Assembly: GCF_028369095.1 (NCBI RefSeq)
Contig: NZ_JAQNDN010000024.1
Location: 89,350 to 153,349 of the forward strand
From: Nannocystis radixulma
GTDB taxonomy: Bacteria > Myxococcota_A > Polyangia > Nannocystales > Nannocystaceae
Direction: 5' to 3'
DNA: 64,000 bases
This document shows, in pieces, positions 9,801 to 20,802 of this stretch. The position numbers and the translations under genes are program-made. Under the pieces are notes generated by a model. The model made no database searches. It was not told the origin of the DNA and worked only from the letters and a program-made list of their open reading frames with translations. Position 1 is the first letter of the stretch, and each line of letters starts with the position of its first letter.

Positions 9801-10597
9801 TGTCGGGCCACGAAGCCAATACCCAGCCCCGGGCGCTGCCGCCGTCGCTCGCGCTCACCGGGCGCGTCGCGCTCGTGACCGGCGCGTCGCGAGGGATCGG
9901 GCGGGCCATCGCCAAGCTGCTCGCGCAGCGCGGGGCGAGCGTCGCCGTCAACTACGCCGCCCGCGAGGATGCCGCCCGCGAGCTGTGCGACGAGATCGTC
10001 GCCGAGGGCGGCGCGGCCCGGCCGTATGGGTTCGACGTCGCCGACGCAGCCGCGGTCGAGGCCGGCGTGCAGCGCATCGCCGCCGAGCTCGGCGGCCTGC
10101 ACATCCTCGTCAACAACGCCGGGATCTCGATCGACGCTCTGCTGATGCGCGCCTCCGCGGCCGACTTCCAGCGCGTCCTCGACGTGAACCTCAAGGGCGC
10201 GTTCTTCTGCGCCAAGGCGGCCGCTCGCCAGCTGCTCAAGGCCAAGGCCGACGGCCGCATCATCAACATCAGCAGCGTGATCGGCGAGCAGGGCAACGCC
10301 GGCCAGGCGATGTACGCCGCCGCCAAGGCCGGCATGCTCGGCCTGACCCGCTCGCTCGCCCGCGAGTTCGCCAGCCGCGGCGTCACCGTCAACGCCGTCA
10401 CGCCCGGCTTCTTCGAGACCGACATGACGGCCGCCAGCGTCCACGGCGAGGCCCGCGAGGCGCTGCTCAAGCAGATCCCGCTGGGCCGGATCGGTCGACC
10501 CGAAGAGGTCGCCGAGGCCGTGGCCTACCTGGCCGCGCCGGCCGCCGCCTACATCACGGGGCAAGTCCTCGCGATCAACGGCGGCCTGCGCATGTGA
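9800..10597 (+). CDS. fabG: 3-oxoacyl-ACP reductase FabG
   Basis: Contains [13 protein letters not shown] and NAG...Y..AK. SDR family. GTG start overlaps the fabD stop (TAGTG). Confidence 0.95.
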   Translation: MSGHEANTQPRALPPSLALTGRVALVTGASRGIGRAIAKLLAQRGASVAVNYAAREDAARELCDEIVAEGGAARPYGFDVADAAAVEAGVQRIAAELGGLHILVNNAGISIDALLMRASAADFQRVLDVNLKGAFFCAKAAARQLLKAKADGRIINISSVIGEQGNAGQAMYAAAKAGMLGLTRSLAREFASRGVTVNAVTPGFFETDMTAASVHGEAREALLKQIPLGRIGRPEEVAEAVAYLAAPAAAYITGQVLAINGGLRM

Positions 10598-10651
10598 AGC
10601 CTTCGTATTTAGTGCGCCGCTTGTGACCCGTCCTGAGAGGGAACTACCACC

Positions 10652-10897
10652 ATGACGACATCCGACATCGAGAAGCAGGTCATCGAAATCGTGCGCGAGC
10701 AGCTCGACGTGAAGCCCGAGGACTGCACGCTGGACAAGATCTTCACCGACGATCTCGGCGCCGACTCGCTGGCGATCGTCGAGCTCGTCCTCGCGTTCGA
10801 GGAGCACTTCGAGATCAAGATCCCCGACGAAGAGGTCGAGAACATCAAGACCGTCGGTGACGCGGTGAGCTACATCCGCGCGCGCCGCAAGGCCTGA
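10652..10897 (+). CDS. acpP: Acyl carrier protein
   Basis: 81 aa with the [13 protein letters not shown] phosphopantetheine site. GAGAGGGAA ribosome-binding site 6-14 nt upstream. Confidence 0.95.
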   Translation: MTTSDIEKQVIEIVREQLDVKPEDCTLDKIFTDDLGADSLAIVELVLAFEEHFEIKIPDEEVENIKTVGDAVSYIRARRKA

Positions 10898-10904
10898 GGT
10901 CGTT

Positions 10905-12143
10905 GTGACGGGGCGCAGGGTCGCGATCACGGGAGTGGGGCTCATCAGCCCGCTGGGCGTCGGCAACGACGACAACTGGCGGAGCTTGTGCGCAGGGCAG
11001 TCGGGGATCGGGCCGATCACGCGGTTCGACGCCAGCAACTTGTCGACGCGGATCGCGGGTGAGGTCCGGAACTTCGAGCCGACCCGCTGGATCGCCAAGA
11101 AGGAGGTCCGGCAGATGGACCTCTTCATCCAGTACGCGATCGCGGCCGCGGCGATGGCCGTCGAGGACGCGCAGCTCGGTTCGCCCGACGACCCCGAGCG
11201 CTTCGGCGTCTACGTCGGCGCCGGCCTCGGCGGTCTGCCGGTCCTCGAGGCCACGCACGACTCGCTGCGCGAGAAGGGCCCGCGCCTCGGCATCAGCCCG
11301 TACTTCGTGCCGGCGATCATCGTCAACCTCGCGCCCGGGCAGATCTCGATCCGCCACAACTACCGTGGGCCGAACATGAGCCACGTGTCGGCCTGCTCGA
11401 CCGGTGCGCACAGCATCGGCGAGGCGTTCCACTTGATCGCCCGCGGTGGCGCCGACGTGATGATCGCCGGCGGCACCGAGGCCACCGTGACGCCGCTGTG
11501 CGTCGGCGGCTTCGCGTCGATGCGCGCGCTGTCGACCCGCAACGACGAGCCGACCCGAGCGTCGCGGCCGTTCACGCTCAGCCGCGACGGCTTCGTCCTC
11601 AGCGAGGGCTGCGGCCTCGTGGTCCTCGAGGAGTGGGAGCGCGCGAAGGCCCGCGGGGCCCGGATCTACGCCGAGATCGTCGGCTACGCTGCTACTTCGG
11701 ACGCGCATCATATCACCGCGCCGTCGCCCGACGGCGAGGGTGCGCAGCGGTGCATGCGGCTCGCGCTGCGCGACGCAGGCCTCGCCCCCGAGACGGTCGG
11801 TTACATCAACGCGCACGGCACCTCGACCAGCGCCGACGCGACCGAGACCGGCGCGATCAAGGCGGTGTTCGGCGAGCACGCGCGCAAGCTGGCGGTGTCG
11901 TCGACGAAGTCGATGCACGGCCACCTGCTCGGGGCCACCGGCGGGCTCGAGGCGGCGATCTGCGCCCTCGCGCTGCACCACAACGTGCTGCCGCCGACCA
12001 TCAACCTCGACGACCCCGACCCCGACTGCGACCTCGACTACGTGCCGCACGAGGCGCGCCGCGTCGCGGTCGACGTCGCCCTCTCCAACAGCTTCGGCTT
12101 CGGCGGCACCAACGCGTGCCTCGTGTTCAAGCGGGCAGGCTAG
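10905..12143 (+). CDS. fabF: 3-oxoacyl-ACP synthase II FabF
   Basis: 412 aa. Contains ...[11 protein letters not shown]... and ...[13 protein letters not shown]...[12 protein letters not shown]...[14 protein letters not shown]. Confidence 0.95.
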   Translation: MTGRRVAITGVGLISPLGVGNDDNWRSLCAGQSGIGPITRFDASNLSTRIAGEVRNFEPTRWIAKKEVRQMDLFIQYAIAAAAMAVEDAQLGSPDDPERFGVYVGAGLGGLPVLEATHDSLREKGPRLGISPYFVPAIIVNLAPGQISIRHNYRGPNMSHVSACSTGAHSIGEAFHLIARGGADVMIAGGTEATVTPLCVGGFASMRALSTRNDEPTRASRPFTLSRDGFVLSEGCGLVVLEEWERAKARGARIYAEIVGYAATSDAHHITAPSPDGEGAQRCMRLALRDAGLAPETVGYINAHGTSTSADATETGAIKAVFGEHARKLAVSSTKSMHGHLLGATGGLEAAICALALHHNVLPPTINLDDPDPDCDLDYVPHEARRVAVDVALSNSFGFGGTNACLVFKRAG

Positions 12144-12150
12144 ACCGACC

Positions 12151-12591
12151 ATGCGCGTGCACCTCGGCAGCGACCACGCGGCGATCGACCTCCGGCGCGA
12201 GCTCGCGGCGGCCGTGGCCGCGTTCGGCCACGAGGTCGCCAGCGAGAGCGGGCCGGCCGCGGCCAGCGAGTCGGTCGACTACCCCGACGTCGCGGTCGAG
12301 GTCGCCCGCCACGTGCGCGCCGACCCGGGCTCGCTCGGCCTCCTGGTCTGTGGGACAGGTCAGGGCATGGCCATGGCCGCCAACAAGCAGGCGGGCATCC
12401 GCGCCGCGGTGGTGATGGATCCGTTCAGCGCGGCGATGGCCCGCGAACACAACGACGCCAACGTGCTCTGTCTGGGCGCGCGGGTCGTCGGCGTCGAACT
12501 GGCGAAGGTCCTGCTCAGGACCTTCCTCGACGCCCGCTTCGCCGGGGGGCGCCACGCCCGGCGAGTCGAGAAGCTGGAGCCCGGGGGGTAG
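12151..12591 (+). CDS. rpiB: Ribose-5-phosphate isomerase B (RpiB/LacAB family)
   Basis: Begins MRVHLGSDHAAIDLRREL... Contains ...LLVCGTGQGMAMAANK... Confidence 0.9.
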   Translation: MRVHLGSDHAAIDLRRELAAAVAAFGHEVASESGPAAASESVDYPDVAVEVARHVRADPGSLGLLVCGTGQGMAMAANKQAGIRAAVVMDPFSAAMAREHNDANVLCLGARVVGVELAKVLLRTFLDARFAGGRHARRVEKLEPGG

Positions 12592-12592
12592 G

Positions 12593-13210
12593 TTGCTCTG
12601 CCCGGTCTGCCGCAGCGGTAGCATCAAGGTCCTCGACTCGAGGGAGAGTCGGGACGGCGGTGCGATCCGGCGGCGCCGCGCGTGCCTCGACTGCAACCAC
12701 CGCTTCACCACCTACGAGCGTATCGAGACCACGCCGCCGATCGTGCTCAAGCGCGGCGGAGGCAAGCAGCTGTTCGATCGCAACAAGATCCGCGCCTCGC
12801 TGCAGGCGGTCTGCCGCAAGCGCCCCGTCGATGACGAGCAGATCGAGGCGCTGCTCGGCGTGGTCGAGCTGTGGGCCGCGACGCGCGGCGAGAAGGAGAT
12901 CCGCGCCGAGGAGATCGCCGACCGGATCCTCCGCCTGCTGCGCCCGCTCGACGCCGTCGCCTACGTGCGCTACGTCGCCATCCACGGCGAGTACCAGGCG
13001 GTCGACGAGTTCGTGCACCTGCTGAACGAGATGGAGAAGGCCGCGCACACCAGCCCGGAGGGCCAGCGCACGCTGTTCGAGATCGACGCCCGCGGGCAGA
13101 TCCAGCTCAGCGCGCCGACCCGGCTGGCGGCCTTCCCCGAGGGCGAGGACGAGGCTGACTCTGGGGACAGGTCCGCGCCGGCCGCGTCGCCGGAGAGCGA
13201 GGTCAATTGA
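12593..13210 (+). CDS. nrdR: Transcriptional repressor NrdR (Zn-ribbon + ATP-cone) with ~50-aa C-terminal extension
   Basis: TTG start 2 nt after the rpiB stop. MLCPVCRSGSIKVLDSRE...CLDCNHRFTTYE... The tail ...ADSGDRSAPAASPESEVN is encoded by a GGACA-family repeat copy. Confidence 0.9.
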   Translation: MLCPVCRSGSIKVLDSRESRDGGAIRRRRACLDCNHRFTTYERIETTPPIVLKRGGGKQLFDRNKIRASLQAVCRKRPVDDEQIEALLGVVELWAATRGEKEIRAEEIADRILRLLRPLDAVAYVRYVAIHGEYQAVDEFVHLLNEMEKAAHTSPEGQRTLFEIDARGQIQLSAPTRLAAFPEGEDEADSGDRSAPAASPESEVN

Positions 13211-14442
13211 TCCACCCCGAGCTCGTTGACCTGCTCGGCGGCGCGAGCGGGACCGCAGACGACGGCCCGAGGGCGATCGCGGCGGCGCTGGCGAGCGCGC
13301 CGGTCGCAGACGAGTCGCCGACGGCACGCGACGTGCGACTGATGGGCGCGGCCGTGGCGCTGGCCCGCTCGGGCACCGGCGCGACCTACCCGAACCCGTG
13401 CGTCGGCGCGATCGTCGTGCAGGGCGAGAAGGTCGTCGGCGCCGGACGCAGCGCGGTCACCGGGGGCCCGCACGCCGAGGTCGCCGCGCTGCAGCAGGCC
13501 GGCGAGGCCGCGCGCGGGGCGACGGTCTACGTCACGCTCGAGCCTTGCTCGCACTTCGGCCGCACGCCGCCGTGCACCGGGGCGCTGATCGCCGCCGGTG
13601 TCGCCGAGGTCGTGATCGGCAGCCTCGATCCCGCCGTGCACGCCGGCGGTCGCGGGATCGAACTGCTGCGCGCGGCCGGCCTCCGCGTGCGTGAGGGCGT
13701 GCTCGCGGGCGCGTGCGCGTCTGCGCACGAGCACTACCTGCACCACGAGAGGACGCGGCTGCCGTTCGTCACGCTGAAGATCGCGTCGTCGCTCGACGGC
13801 CAGATCGCGGCTGGCTCGGGCGACAGCAAGTGGATCACCGGCGAGCCGGCGCGGCGCCTCGGACACTGGTTGCGCGCCCGTCACCACGCGATCGCCGTGG
13901 GCGCCAACACGGTGCTGCGCGACGATCCCGCGCTGTCGGTGCGCATGGTGACCGGCGTCGACCCGCTGCCGGTCATCTTCGACAGCGGGCTGCGCGTGGC
14001 CGGGGCGGTGCGTCGGCCGACGTTGCTGCGGCCGGGCACCGTGGTGCTGCACACCAGCCGCGCTCCCGCCGCGGCGCAGCGGGCGGTCGAGGAGCTCGGC
14101 CTGCGGCGCATCGAGCTCGACGGCGATGCCGAGGGCCGGGTCGATGTCGCCGGCGCGTTGCAGGCGCTGGGCAAGCTGCCGCTACGTTCGCTGTTGGTCG
14201 AGGGCGGCGGGCGGATGATCGCCAGCTTCGTCGCCGCCGCCGCGTGGCAGCGGTTCTATTGGTTCCATGCGCCGATCGTGCTGGGTGACGGACGACCCGC
14301 CGCCGCCGGCCTCAAGGTCGCGGCGGTCGCCGACGCCACGCGGCTTCGTCCGCTGCTGCGCACCGACGTCGGGGTCGACGGCCTGACCGTCCTCGGCCCG
14401 CCGGCGGACGCCGCCGACGATCTCGCAGGACGCGAGATCTGA
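13207..14442 (+). CDS. ribD: Bifunctional riboflavin biosynthesis protein RibD (deaminase/reductase)
   Basis: CMP/dCMP deaminase motif HAEVAAL...TLEPCSHFGRTPPC plus a C-terminal RibD reductase domain. The start may instead be ATG at 13342 (MGAAVALARS). Confidence 0.85.
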   Translation: MIHPELVDLLGGASGTADDGPRAIAAALASAPVADESPTARDVRLMGAAVALARSGTGATYPNPCVGAIVVQGEKVVGAGRSAVTGGPHAEVAALQQAGEAARGATVYVTLEPCSHFGRTPPCTGALIAAGVAEVVIGSLDPAVHAGGRGIELLRAAGLRVREGVLAGACASAHEHYLHHERTRLPFVTLKIASSLDGQIAAGSGDSKWITGEPARRLGHWLRARHHAIAVGANTVLRDDPALSVRMVTGVDPLPVIFDSGLRVAGAVRRPTLLRPGTVVLHTSRAPAAAQRAVEELGLRRIELDGDAEGRVDVAGALQALGKLPLRSLLVEGGGRMIASFVAAAAWQRFYWFHAPIVLGDGRPAAAGLKVAAVADATRLRPLLRTDVGVDGLTVLGPPADAADDLAGREI

Positions 14443-14502
14443 CGCATCCGGCGGGCTTTGCGGGCCGTCGCACCGGCCGGTGATCTGTGCCATAACCCCC
14501 GC

Positions 14503-15267
14503 ATGTTCACCGGCCTCGTGCGCGGCGTCGGCACGGTCGAGCGCGTGATCCCTGGCGCGCAGCGACGCACCTTCGTGATCCGCTACGCGCTGTCGGAGGG
14601 CGATCGCAGCCTCGGCGCCAGCGTCGCGATCTCCGGCGTGTGTCTCACCGTGGTCGCCTCGACCGCCAGCGAATTCACCGTCGAGGCCGCGTTCGAGACG
14701 CTCGCAGTCACCACCCTGGGCGAGCTGCGGCCCGGCAGCCGCGTCAACCTCGAGCCGGCGCTGCGGCTCGGCGATGCGCTCGGCGGTCACCTCGTGTCCG
14801 GCCACGTCGACGGCCTGGCGCGCGTGCGCAGCCGGGTCGCCCGCGGCGACGCGGCCGAGATGTGGTTCGACGTCCCGGCCGAGCTGGCCCGCTACATCGC
14901 GGTCAAGGGCAGCGTGTGCGTCGACGGCGTCAGCCTCACCGTCAACGCCGTCGACCCGCGCGGGTTCGCCGTGGGCCTGATCCCGCACACGCTCACGGCC
15001 ACGACCCTGGCCGACCTGAAGGTGGGCGACGCGCTCAACCTCGAGGTCGACCTGCTGGCGCGCTACGTCGCCCGCCTGCTCGGCTCCGAGGCCGAGGCCG
15101 GCCGCGCTGCCGCGCCCGCGCTCACGCGCGAGGCCCTGGTCCGCGCCGGCTACGTCGACGCCGCGGCCGGCTACGCCGACAACGCCGCCGCGCCCGCCGT
15201 GAATGCTGACTCCGGGGACAGGTCCGAAGCGCCCTGTCCCGAAGTACCTGTCTCCAAGAACAGCTAA
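14503..15267 (+). CDS. ribE: Riboflavin synthase alpha subunit RibE, with ~50-aa C-terminal tail
   Basis: MFTGLVRGVGTV... Two lumazine-binding repeats (GASVAISGVCLTV / GSVCVDGVSLTV). Tail ...NADSGDRSEAPCPEVPVSKNS is encoded by GGACA-family repeat copies. Confidence 0.85.
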   Translation: MFTGLVRGVGTVERVIPGAQRRTFVIRYALSEGDRSLGASVAISGVCLTVVASTASEFTVEAAFETLAVTTLGELRPGSRVNLEPALRLGDALGGHLVSGHVDGLARVRSRVARGDAAEMWFDVPAELARYIAVKGSVCVDGVSLTVNAVDPRGFAVGLIPHTLTATTLADLKVGDALNLEVDLLARYVARLLGSEAEAGRAAAPALTREALVRAGYVDAAAGYADNAAAPAVNADSGDRSEAPCPEVPVSKNS

Positions 15268-15271
15268 AGAC

Positions 15272-16424
<1,153 letters not shown>

Positions 16425-16432
<8 letters not shown>

Positions 16433-17747
16433 GGCTGGCGCCACGGACATGTCCCAGGGGACACGTCCGCGGGGCCGTCGCGTCCTGCTGATCGTCAGCG
16501 GCGGGATCGCGGCCTACAAGGCGCCGGAATTGGTGCGGGCGTTCGTCGCCGCCGGCTGCGAGGTCCAGGTGGTGATGACGCCGGCCGCGGAGGCGTTCGT
16601 CAGCGCGCTGTCGCTGGCGACGGTCTCGACCCGGCCGGTGCGCACGCGCCTGCTCGACCCGGAGGAGGAGGGCCACGTCGGCCACATCGAGCTCGCCGAC
16701 TGGCCCGACCTGGTGGTCGTCGCGCCGGCCACCGCCGACCTGCTGGCGCGCGCGACCCACGGGCTGGCGAACGACCTCGCGGCGACGGTGCTGCTGGCCA
16801 CGCGCGCGCCGGTGCTGTGGGCGCCGGCGATGAACACCAACATGTGGCGCCACCCGGCCACGCAGGACAACCTGGCGACGCTGCGCGCCCGCGGGGCCGA
16901 GTTCGTCGGGCCCGATCGCGGGCAGCTGGCGTGCGGGTGGATCGGCGAGGGCCGCATGATCGATCCGCCGCTGATCGTCGCCGCCGCGCTGGCGCGGCTC
17001 GGCGTCGGCCCGGCGAGCCGCGGGCCGTGGGCCGGCAAGCGCGTGCTGGTGTCGGCCGGGCCGACGCGGACGTACATCGATCCGGTCCGCTTCGTCACCA
17101 ACGCGTCGACCGGGGCGATGGGCTTCGCGCTGGCCGACGCGGCCCAGCGCGCCGGCGCCTCGGTGACGCTCGTGGCCGGACCGGTCGAGCTGGTCACGCC
17201 GGCGGGCGTGCGCCGCGTCGACGTCGAGACCGCGGCCGAGATGCAGGCGGCGCTGGAGAACGAGCTGTCTCAAGGGCCATGTGATTGGGTGGCCATGGTG
17301 GCGGCGGTGCAGGACCTCGAGATCGACGGCGGTGCCGCGCGCAAGCTCGAGAAGGCGGAGCTGCTGGCGACGCTGCCGACGCTCGGCTGGCGGGCCGCGC
17401 CCGACATCCTCGCCGCGCTGACGGCCCGCTTCGGCCGCGGCGCGGCGCCGGGCGCCCCGCGCTCGCGCTTCCTCGGGTTCGCGGCGCAGACGGTCGAGGA
17501 TGGCCCCGAGGACAGGTTGCAGCAGGAGCTGATCCGGCTCGGCTCGGTCAAGCTGCGGGCCAAGGGCGCCGACGCGATCTTCGTCAACCGCGTCGGCGCG
17601 CCCGGGGTCGGCTTCGCGTCCGCGACCAACGCCGGCCTGTTGCTGGCGCGCGACGGCGACGCGATCGCCGTGCGCGCCTCGGGCCCGCCGATCGCCAAGG
17701 CGGCGCTGGCCGCCTGGCTGCTCGACGCGCTGGCCGCGACGAGCTGA
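16425..17747 (+). CDS. coaBC: Bifunctional phosphopantothenoylcysteine decarboxylase/phosphopantothenate-cysteine ligase CoaBC
   Basis: RVLLIVSGGIAAYKAPELVR flavoprotein domain plus C-terminal CoaB ligase domain. The likely start is ATG at 16449, inside a GGACATGTCC repeat. Confidence 0.9.
16445..16468. repeat. GGACA-family palindromic repeat pair (GGACATGTCC-cagg-GGACACGTCC) at the ribBA/coaBC junction
   Basis: Read directly. The internal ATG (16449) is the likely coaBC start. Confidence 0.8.
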
Positions 17748-17761
17748 CGGAGGATCTCGCA

Positions 17762-19198
17762 GTGGAAGGCGATCGACGCGACGCGACCCGGCGGCTGGCG
17801 GTTCAGTTCGCCGCCCACCTGCGTCACCTCCGGGAGTTCCGGGGTTTGGCGTACGTGTCCGCCGCGTCCTCTCCGCGTCGCGCCGGCGCGCCGAGTTCCG
17901 CGCCCGAGGAGCGATCGCCGGCTCCGGACAGCACCTGGTCGTCCGGACAGGTGACCGATCACGCCGCCGCGGACGCGCGCACACCGACATGGCCCGAAGA
18001 CCAGGCCAGATCCGCCCGCGATTCCGGGCCGCGAGCGCGCACACAACCGGGCCCGGCGGCCTCGGGGCCGCCGCCGCAGGAGATGAAGCGAGGGCGCGCG
18101 CAGCCGGGCCCTGCGGACTGGGAGCCGTCGCAGGAGACGACACGCGGTCGCGCGCAGGCGGGCCCCGAGGACTGGGAGCCGTCGCCGCAGCCGGACCCCG
18201 GGGACTGGGAGCCGTGGCCGCCGCAGGAGACGACACGCGGGCGCGCGCAGCCGGGCTCCGGGGACTGGGAGTCGTCGCAGCAGGAGACGACACGCGGGCG
18301 CGCGCAGCGGGAGTCGCCGCCGCAGGAGCCGACGCGAGGGCGCGCCCAGCGGGGCCCTGCAGAGTGGGAGTCGTCGCCGCCGCAAGAGGCACCGCGCTCA
18401 CGCGCCGCGACCCCGCCGTCCGCGGAGCCGCCGCGCGCTCGCACGGTCAACCAGCAGCCGGCCGAGCCGTCGCCGCGACCCCGGACGGTCAGCCTGCCGC
18501 TGGCGGATCAGGGCACACCGCCGCGTGCGGCCGAGGGCGCGCCGCGCCCGGCCGGCGATGCCTCGCTGCGCACGCAGGCTCAGGCGTGGACGCCGGCGCA
18601 GAAGCTCGAGTACTTACGGGCTCGTAACGTCGGCGACTGCACCCGCTGCAAGCTCTCGAAGACCCGCACGAACATTGTATTCGGCGTCGGCGACCCCAAC
18701 GCGCGGGTGATGTTCATCGGCGAGGCGCCCGGCGCGGACGAAGATCGGCGCGGCGAGCCGTTCGTCGGCGCTGCCGGCCGGCGGCTGACACAGTGGATCG
18801 AGCGCCTGGGCATGAAGCGCGAGCAGGTCTACATCGCCAACGTGCTGAAGTGCCGGCCGCCCGGCAACCGCGAACCGGCCGCCGACGAGATCGAGAAGTG
18901 CTCGCCGTTCCTGCGCGCCCAGATCCGGGCGATCCGCCCCGCGGTGATCGTGGCGCTCGGCAGGTACGCGGGGATGTTGCTGATCGGCACCGATCAGGAT
19001 CTGAAGTTGGCACAGATGCGCAACCGTCGTTGGACCTACGACGACCCAGGTGCAGGCCTGCAGATCCCACTTCACGTCACGTATCATCCGTCGTACGTGA
19101 TCCGACGCGAGGGTGAACTCCCTCCGGGGCAGCGAAACCCGGCCGACGACACGGTGATGTCGGACCTCGAGCGAGCGCTGCGCGTGCTGCGAAGTTGA
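17762..19198 (+). CDS. Family-4 (UdgA-type, Fe-S) uracil-DNA glycosylase with long N-terminal disordered tandem-repeat extension
   Basis: C-terminal ~200 aa: [52 protein letters not shown]...HPSY. GTG at 17762 is preceded by GGAGG at 17749-17753, just after the coaBC stop. The nearest in-frame ATG is at 18083, so at least ~165 aa of repeat region is translated. Confidence 0.7.
   Translation: MEGDRRDATRRLAVQFAAHLRHLREFRGLAYVSAASSPRRAGAPSSAPEERSPAPDSTWSSGQVTDHAAADARTPTWPEDQARSARDSGPRARTQPGPAASGPPPQEMKRGRAQPGPADWEPSQETTRGRAQAGPEDWEPSPQPDPGDWEPWPPQETTRGRAQPGSGDWESSQQETTRGRAQRESPPQEPTRGRAQRGPAEWESSPPQEAPRSRAATPPSAEPPRARTVNQQPAEPSPRPRTVSLPLADQGTPPRAAEGAPRPAGDASLRTQAQAWTPAQKLEYLRARNVGDCTRCKLSKTRTNIVFGVGDPNARVMFIGEAPGADEDRRGEPFVGAAGRRLTQWIERLGMKREQVYIANVLKCRPPGNREPAADEIEKCSPFLRAQIRAIRPAVIVALGRYAGMLLIGTDQDLKLAQMRNRRWTYDDPGAGLQIPLHVTYHPSYVIRREGELPPGQRNPADDTVMSDLERALRVLRS
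18075..18410. repeat. Tandem ~57-bp coding repeats (protein units ..[18 protein letters not shown]..) in the udg 5' region
   Basis: Read directly. Both strands show long ORFs here purely because of the repeat. Confidence 0.7.
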
Positions 19199-19364
19199 TC
19201 GCGTCATGCACATGCAATGCCCGGATGCGCGACGGATTTTCACGCGTGAAGAGCTGTGGAGAAGTGGGTCGCGCGCGCCGCTCGCGAGCGCGTAGTGAAA
19301 TTTCTGTAGTCCAGTTTTCAGCGATGATCGTCACGTCAGCTGCTGATGCTGTTCGGCAGTACAG

Positions 19365-19393
19365 TTGACGGTTCGCGTCGCCACTTCTACAGT
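19365..19393 (+). promoter_or_regulatory. Candidate promoter for the HU-like gene (TTGACG-17-TACAGT), embedded in a 10-bp perfect inverted repeat
   Basis: -35 at 19365-19370, -10 at 19388-19393. Arms GCGTCGCCAC (19375-19384) and GTGGCGACGC (19403-19412) bracket the -10 and abut the ATG at 19414. Confidence 0.3.
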
Positions 19394-19413
19394 CACGTTT
19401 CTGTGGCGACGCG

Positions 19414-20073
19414 ATGACGAAGGCTGAACTCATCGAAAAAATCGCACGCAACCGTGATCTGCCGCCGGACATCACGAAGAAGTGCGTGCAGCAGATCCTC
19501 GAGATCGCGTTCGGGGAGATGGCCGCCTACTTCGTCAAGGCGAGGGTGACGCGGGCCCAGAGCCCGCGCTTCACGTTCCCCGGCTTCGGCACCTTCACCA
19601 AGAAGAAGCGCTCGGCTCGCAAGGGCGTCAACCCGCGGACGCTCGAGCCGATGACGATCGATGCGGCCTTCACGATCGACTTCCGTCCGGGCGTCGAGCT
19701 GCGCGCCAGCCTCAACGCTCCGGCTGGCAAGTCCGCCCCCGCGGCTCGGAAGCGGCGCGCCAGCCCGGCCCAGCTCGAGCTCGAGCCGCCGAGCGCCGAT
19801 CCGACCGAGCTCGACGAGGTCGACGAGGAGGATGTCGGCGAGATGAGCGACGAGGCCGACGCGGCCGACGAGGCGCTGATCCTCCGCCGCCGCTTCACCG
19901 CCCGCGAGGACCTCGAGGAGGACGACGCCGACGACGAGTTCGACGAGGTCTCGCTCGACGTGCTGCGCCGCAGCCAGCCCGCCGACCCGCGGCTCGAGCT
20001 GCCGCCGGCGCCGATGCAGCGCGCCGACGTGCCGGGCCGCCGCGCCCACGTACGCACCGGCTCGCGCTCCTGA
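19414..20073 (+). CDS. HU/IHF-family DNA-binding protein with ~120-aa Asp/Glu-rich C-terminal tail
   Basis: MTKAELIEKIA...RFTFPGFGTFTKKKRSARKGVNPRT is the HU fold. The tail is ...DEVDEEDVGEMSDEADAADE...EEDDADDEFDE. Confidence 0.85.
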   Translation: MTKAELIEKIARNRDLPPDITKKCVQQILEIAFGEMAAYFVKARVTRAQSPRFTFPGFGTFTKKKRSARKGVNPRTLEPMTIDAAFTIDFRPGVELRASLNAPAGKSAPAARKRRASPAQLELEPPSADPTELDEVDEEDVGEMSDEADAADEALILRRRFTAREDLEEDDADDEFDEVSLDVLRRSQPADPRLELPPAPMQRADVPGRRAHVRTGSRS

Positions 20074-20180
20074 GAGCTGTCCCGGGGGACATGGCAGCAG
20101 CCGGCCGACCCGCGGCTCGAGCTGCCGCCGGCCGATGCAGCGCGCCGGCTCGCGCTTCTGAGAACTGTCCCCGCGGACAT
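19961..20180. repeat. Partial tandem duplication of the 3' end of the HU-like gene, ending in GGACA-family motifs
   Basis: gccgacccgcggctcgagctgccgccgg...gctcgcgct(c/t)ctgaga(g/a)ctgtccc..ggacatg occurs twice: 19975-20092 and 20093-20180, with internal deletions. Confidence 0.6.
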
Positions 20181-20218
20181 GAACGAAGGGCCATGACCTC
20201 ACGGTCATGGCCCTTCGT
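20181..20218. terminator. Perfect 17-bp-stem hairpin (AACGAAGGGCCATGACC-tcac-GGTCATGGCCCTTCGTT) between convergent genes
   Basis: Read directly. Lies between the HU-like gene stop (20073) and the minus-strand lipoprotein stop (20248). Confidence 0.6.
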
Positions 20219-20247
20219 TCACTGAGGGCGGACGAGCGGTCGCCGGC

Positions 20248-20802
20248 TCACTGCGGCGCGGCCAGCTTGGCCCCGTTCTTGGGCGGCTCGGTCGGCTTGG
20301 GGGTGCCGGTCAGGGTGGCGGGCTTGGTCGTCGGCGCAGCGCCGCCGTTGGAGATGGTGCTGGTCTTGGGCTTGGACTCGCCGGTGGTGAGGCTGAGGCC
20401 GGCCTTCTGCGTGCCGTCACGCGGGGTGGCCTGGGTCCCCGGATCGAGGCGGGCCGGCGTGGGGTCGGTGGCGCGGCCCGGCTTGGGATCGGTGGCGCGG
20501 CCCGGCTTGGGGTCGGTGGCGCGGCCCGGCGTGGGCTCTTCGGTCGGCTCCGGCGCGGGCTCGGGAGTGGTGGTGGCGGGCTCGGGCTCGGGGGCAGGCT
20601 TGGGGGCGGGCTTGGCAGCGGGAGCCGGAGCAGGTGTGCTCGACGTGTCGACCGCGGCCTGGCGCGCCGGCTTGCCCTTGCCGTTCTTCGTCCCGTTGGT
20701 GGTGCCTGGCGCCGTTCCGGAGCGGCTCGACGACGAATACGAGAAGGAGCAGGCGGGCAGCGAGAAGGCGATGGCCATGAAGACCGGAAGGAGCTTGCGC
20801 AT
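20248..20802 (-). CDS. Putative secreted/lipoprotein, Pro/Thr/Ala-rich low-complexity with GRATDPKP x3 repeats
   Basis: Signal peptide MRKLLPVFMAIAFSLPAC. The alternative plus-strand ORF lacks protein-like features. Confidence 0.55.
   Translation of the reverse strand: MRKLLPVFMAIAFSLPACSFSYSSSSRSGTAPGTTNGTKNGKGKPARQAAVDTSSTPAPAPAAKPAPKPAPEPEPATTTPEPAPEPTEEPTPGRATDPKPGRATDPKPGRATDPTPARLDPGTQATPRDGTQKAGLSLTTGESKPKTSTISNGGAAPTTKPATLTGTPKPTEPPKNGAKLAAPQ

Noticed and set aside
19200-19413. Lower-GC 210-bp stretch upstream of the HU-like gene as a possible small RNA or tRNA
   Set aside because: No recognisable RNA-gene structure. Best explained as promoter and UTR containing the 10-bp inverted repeat.
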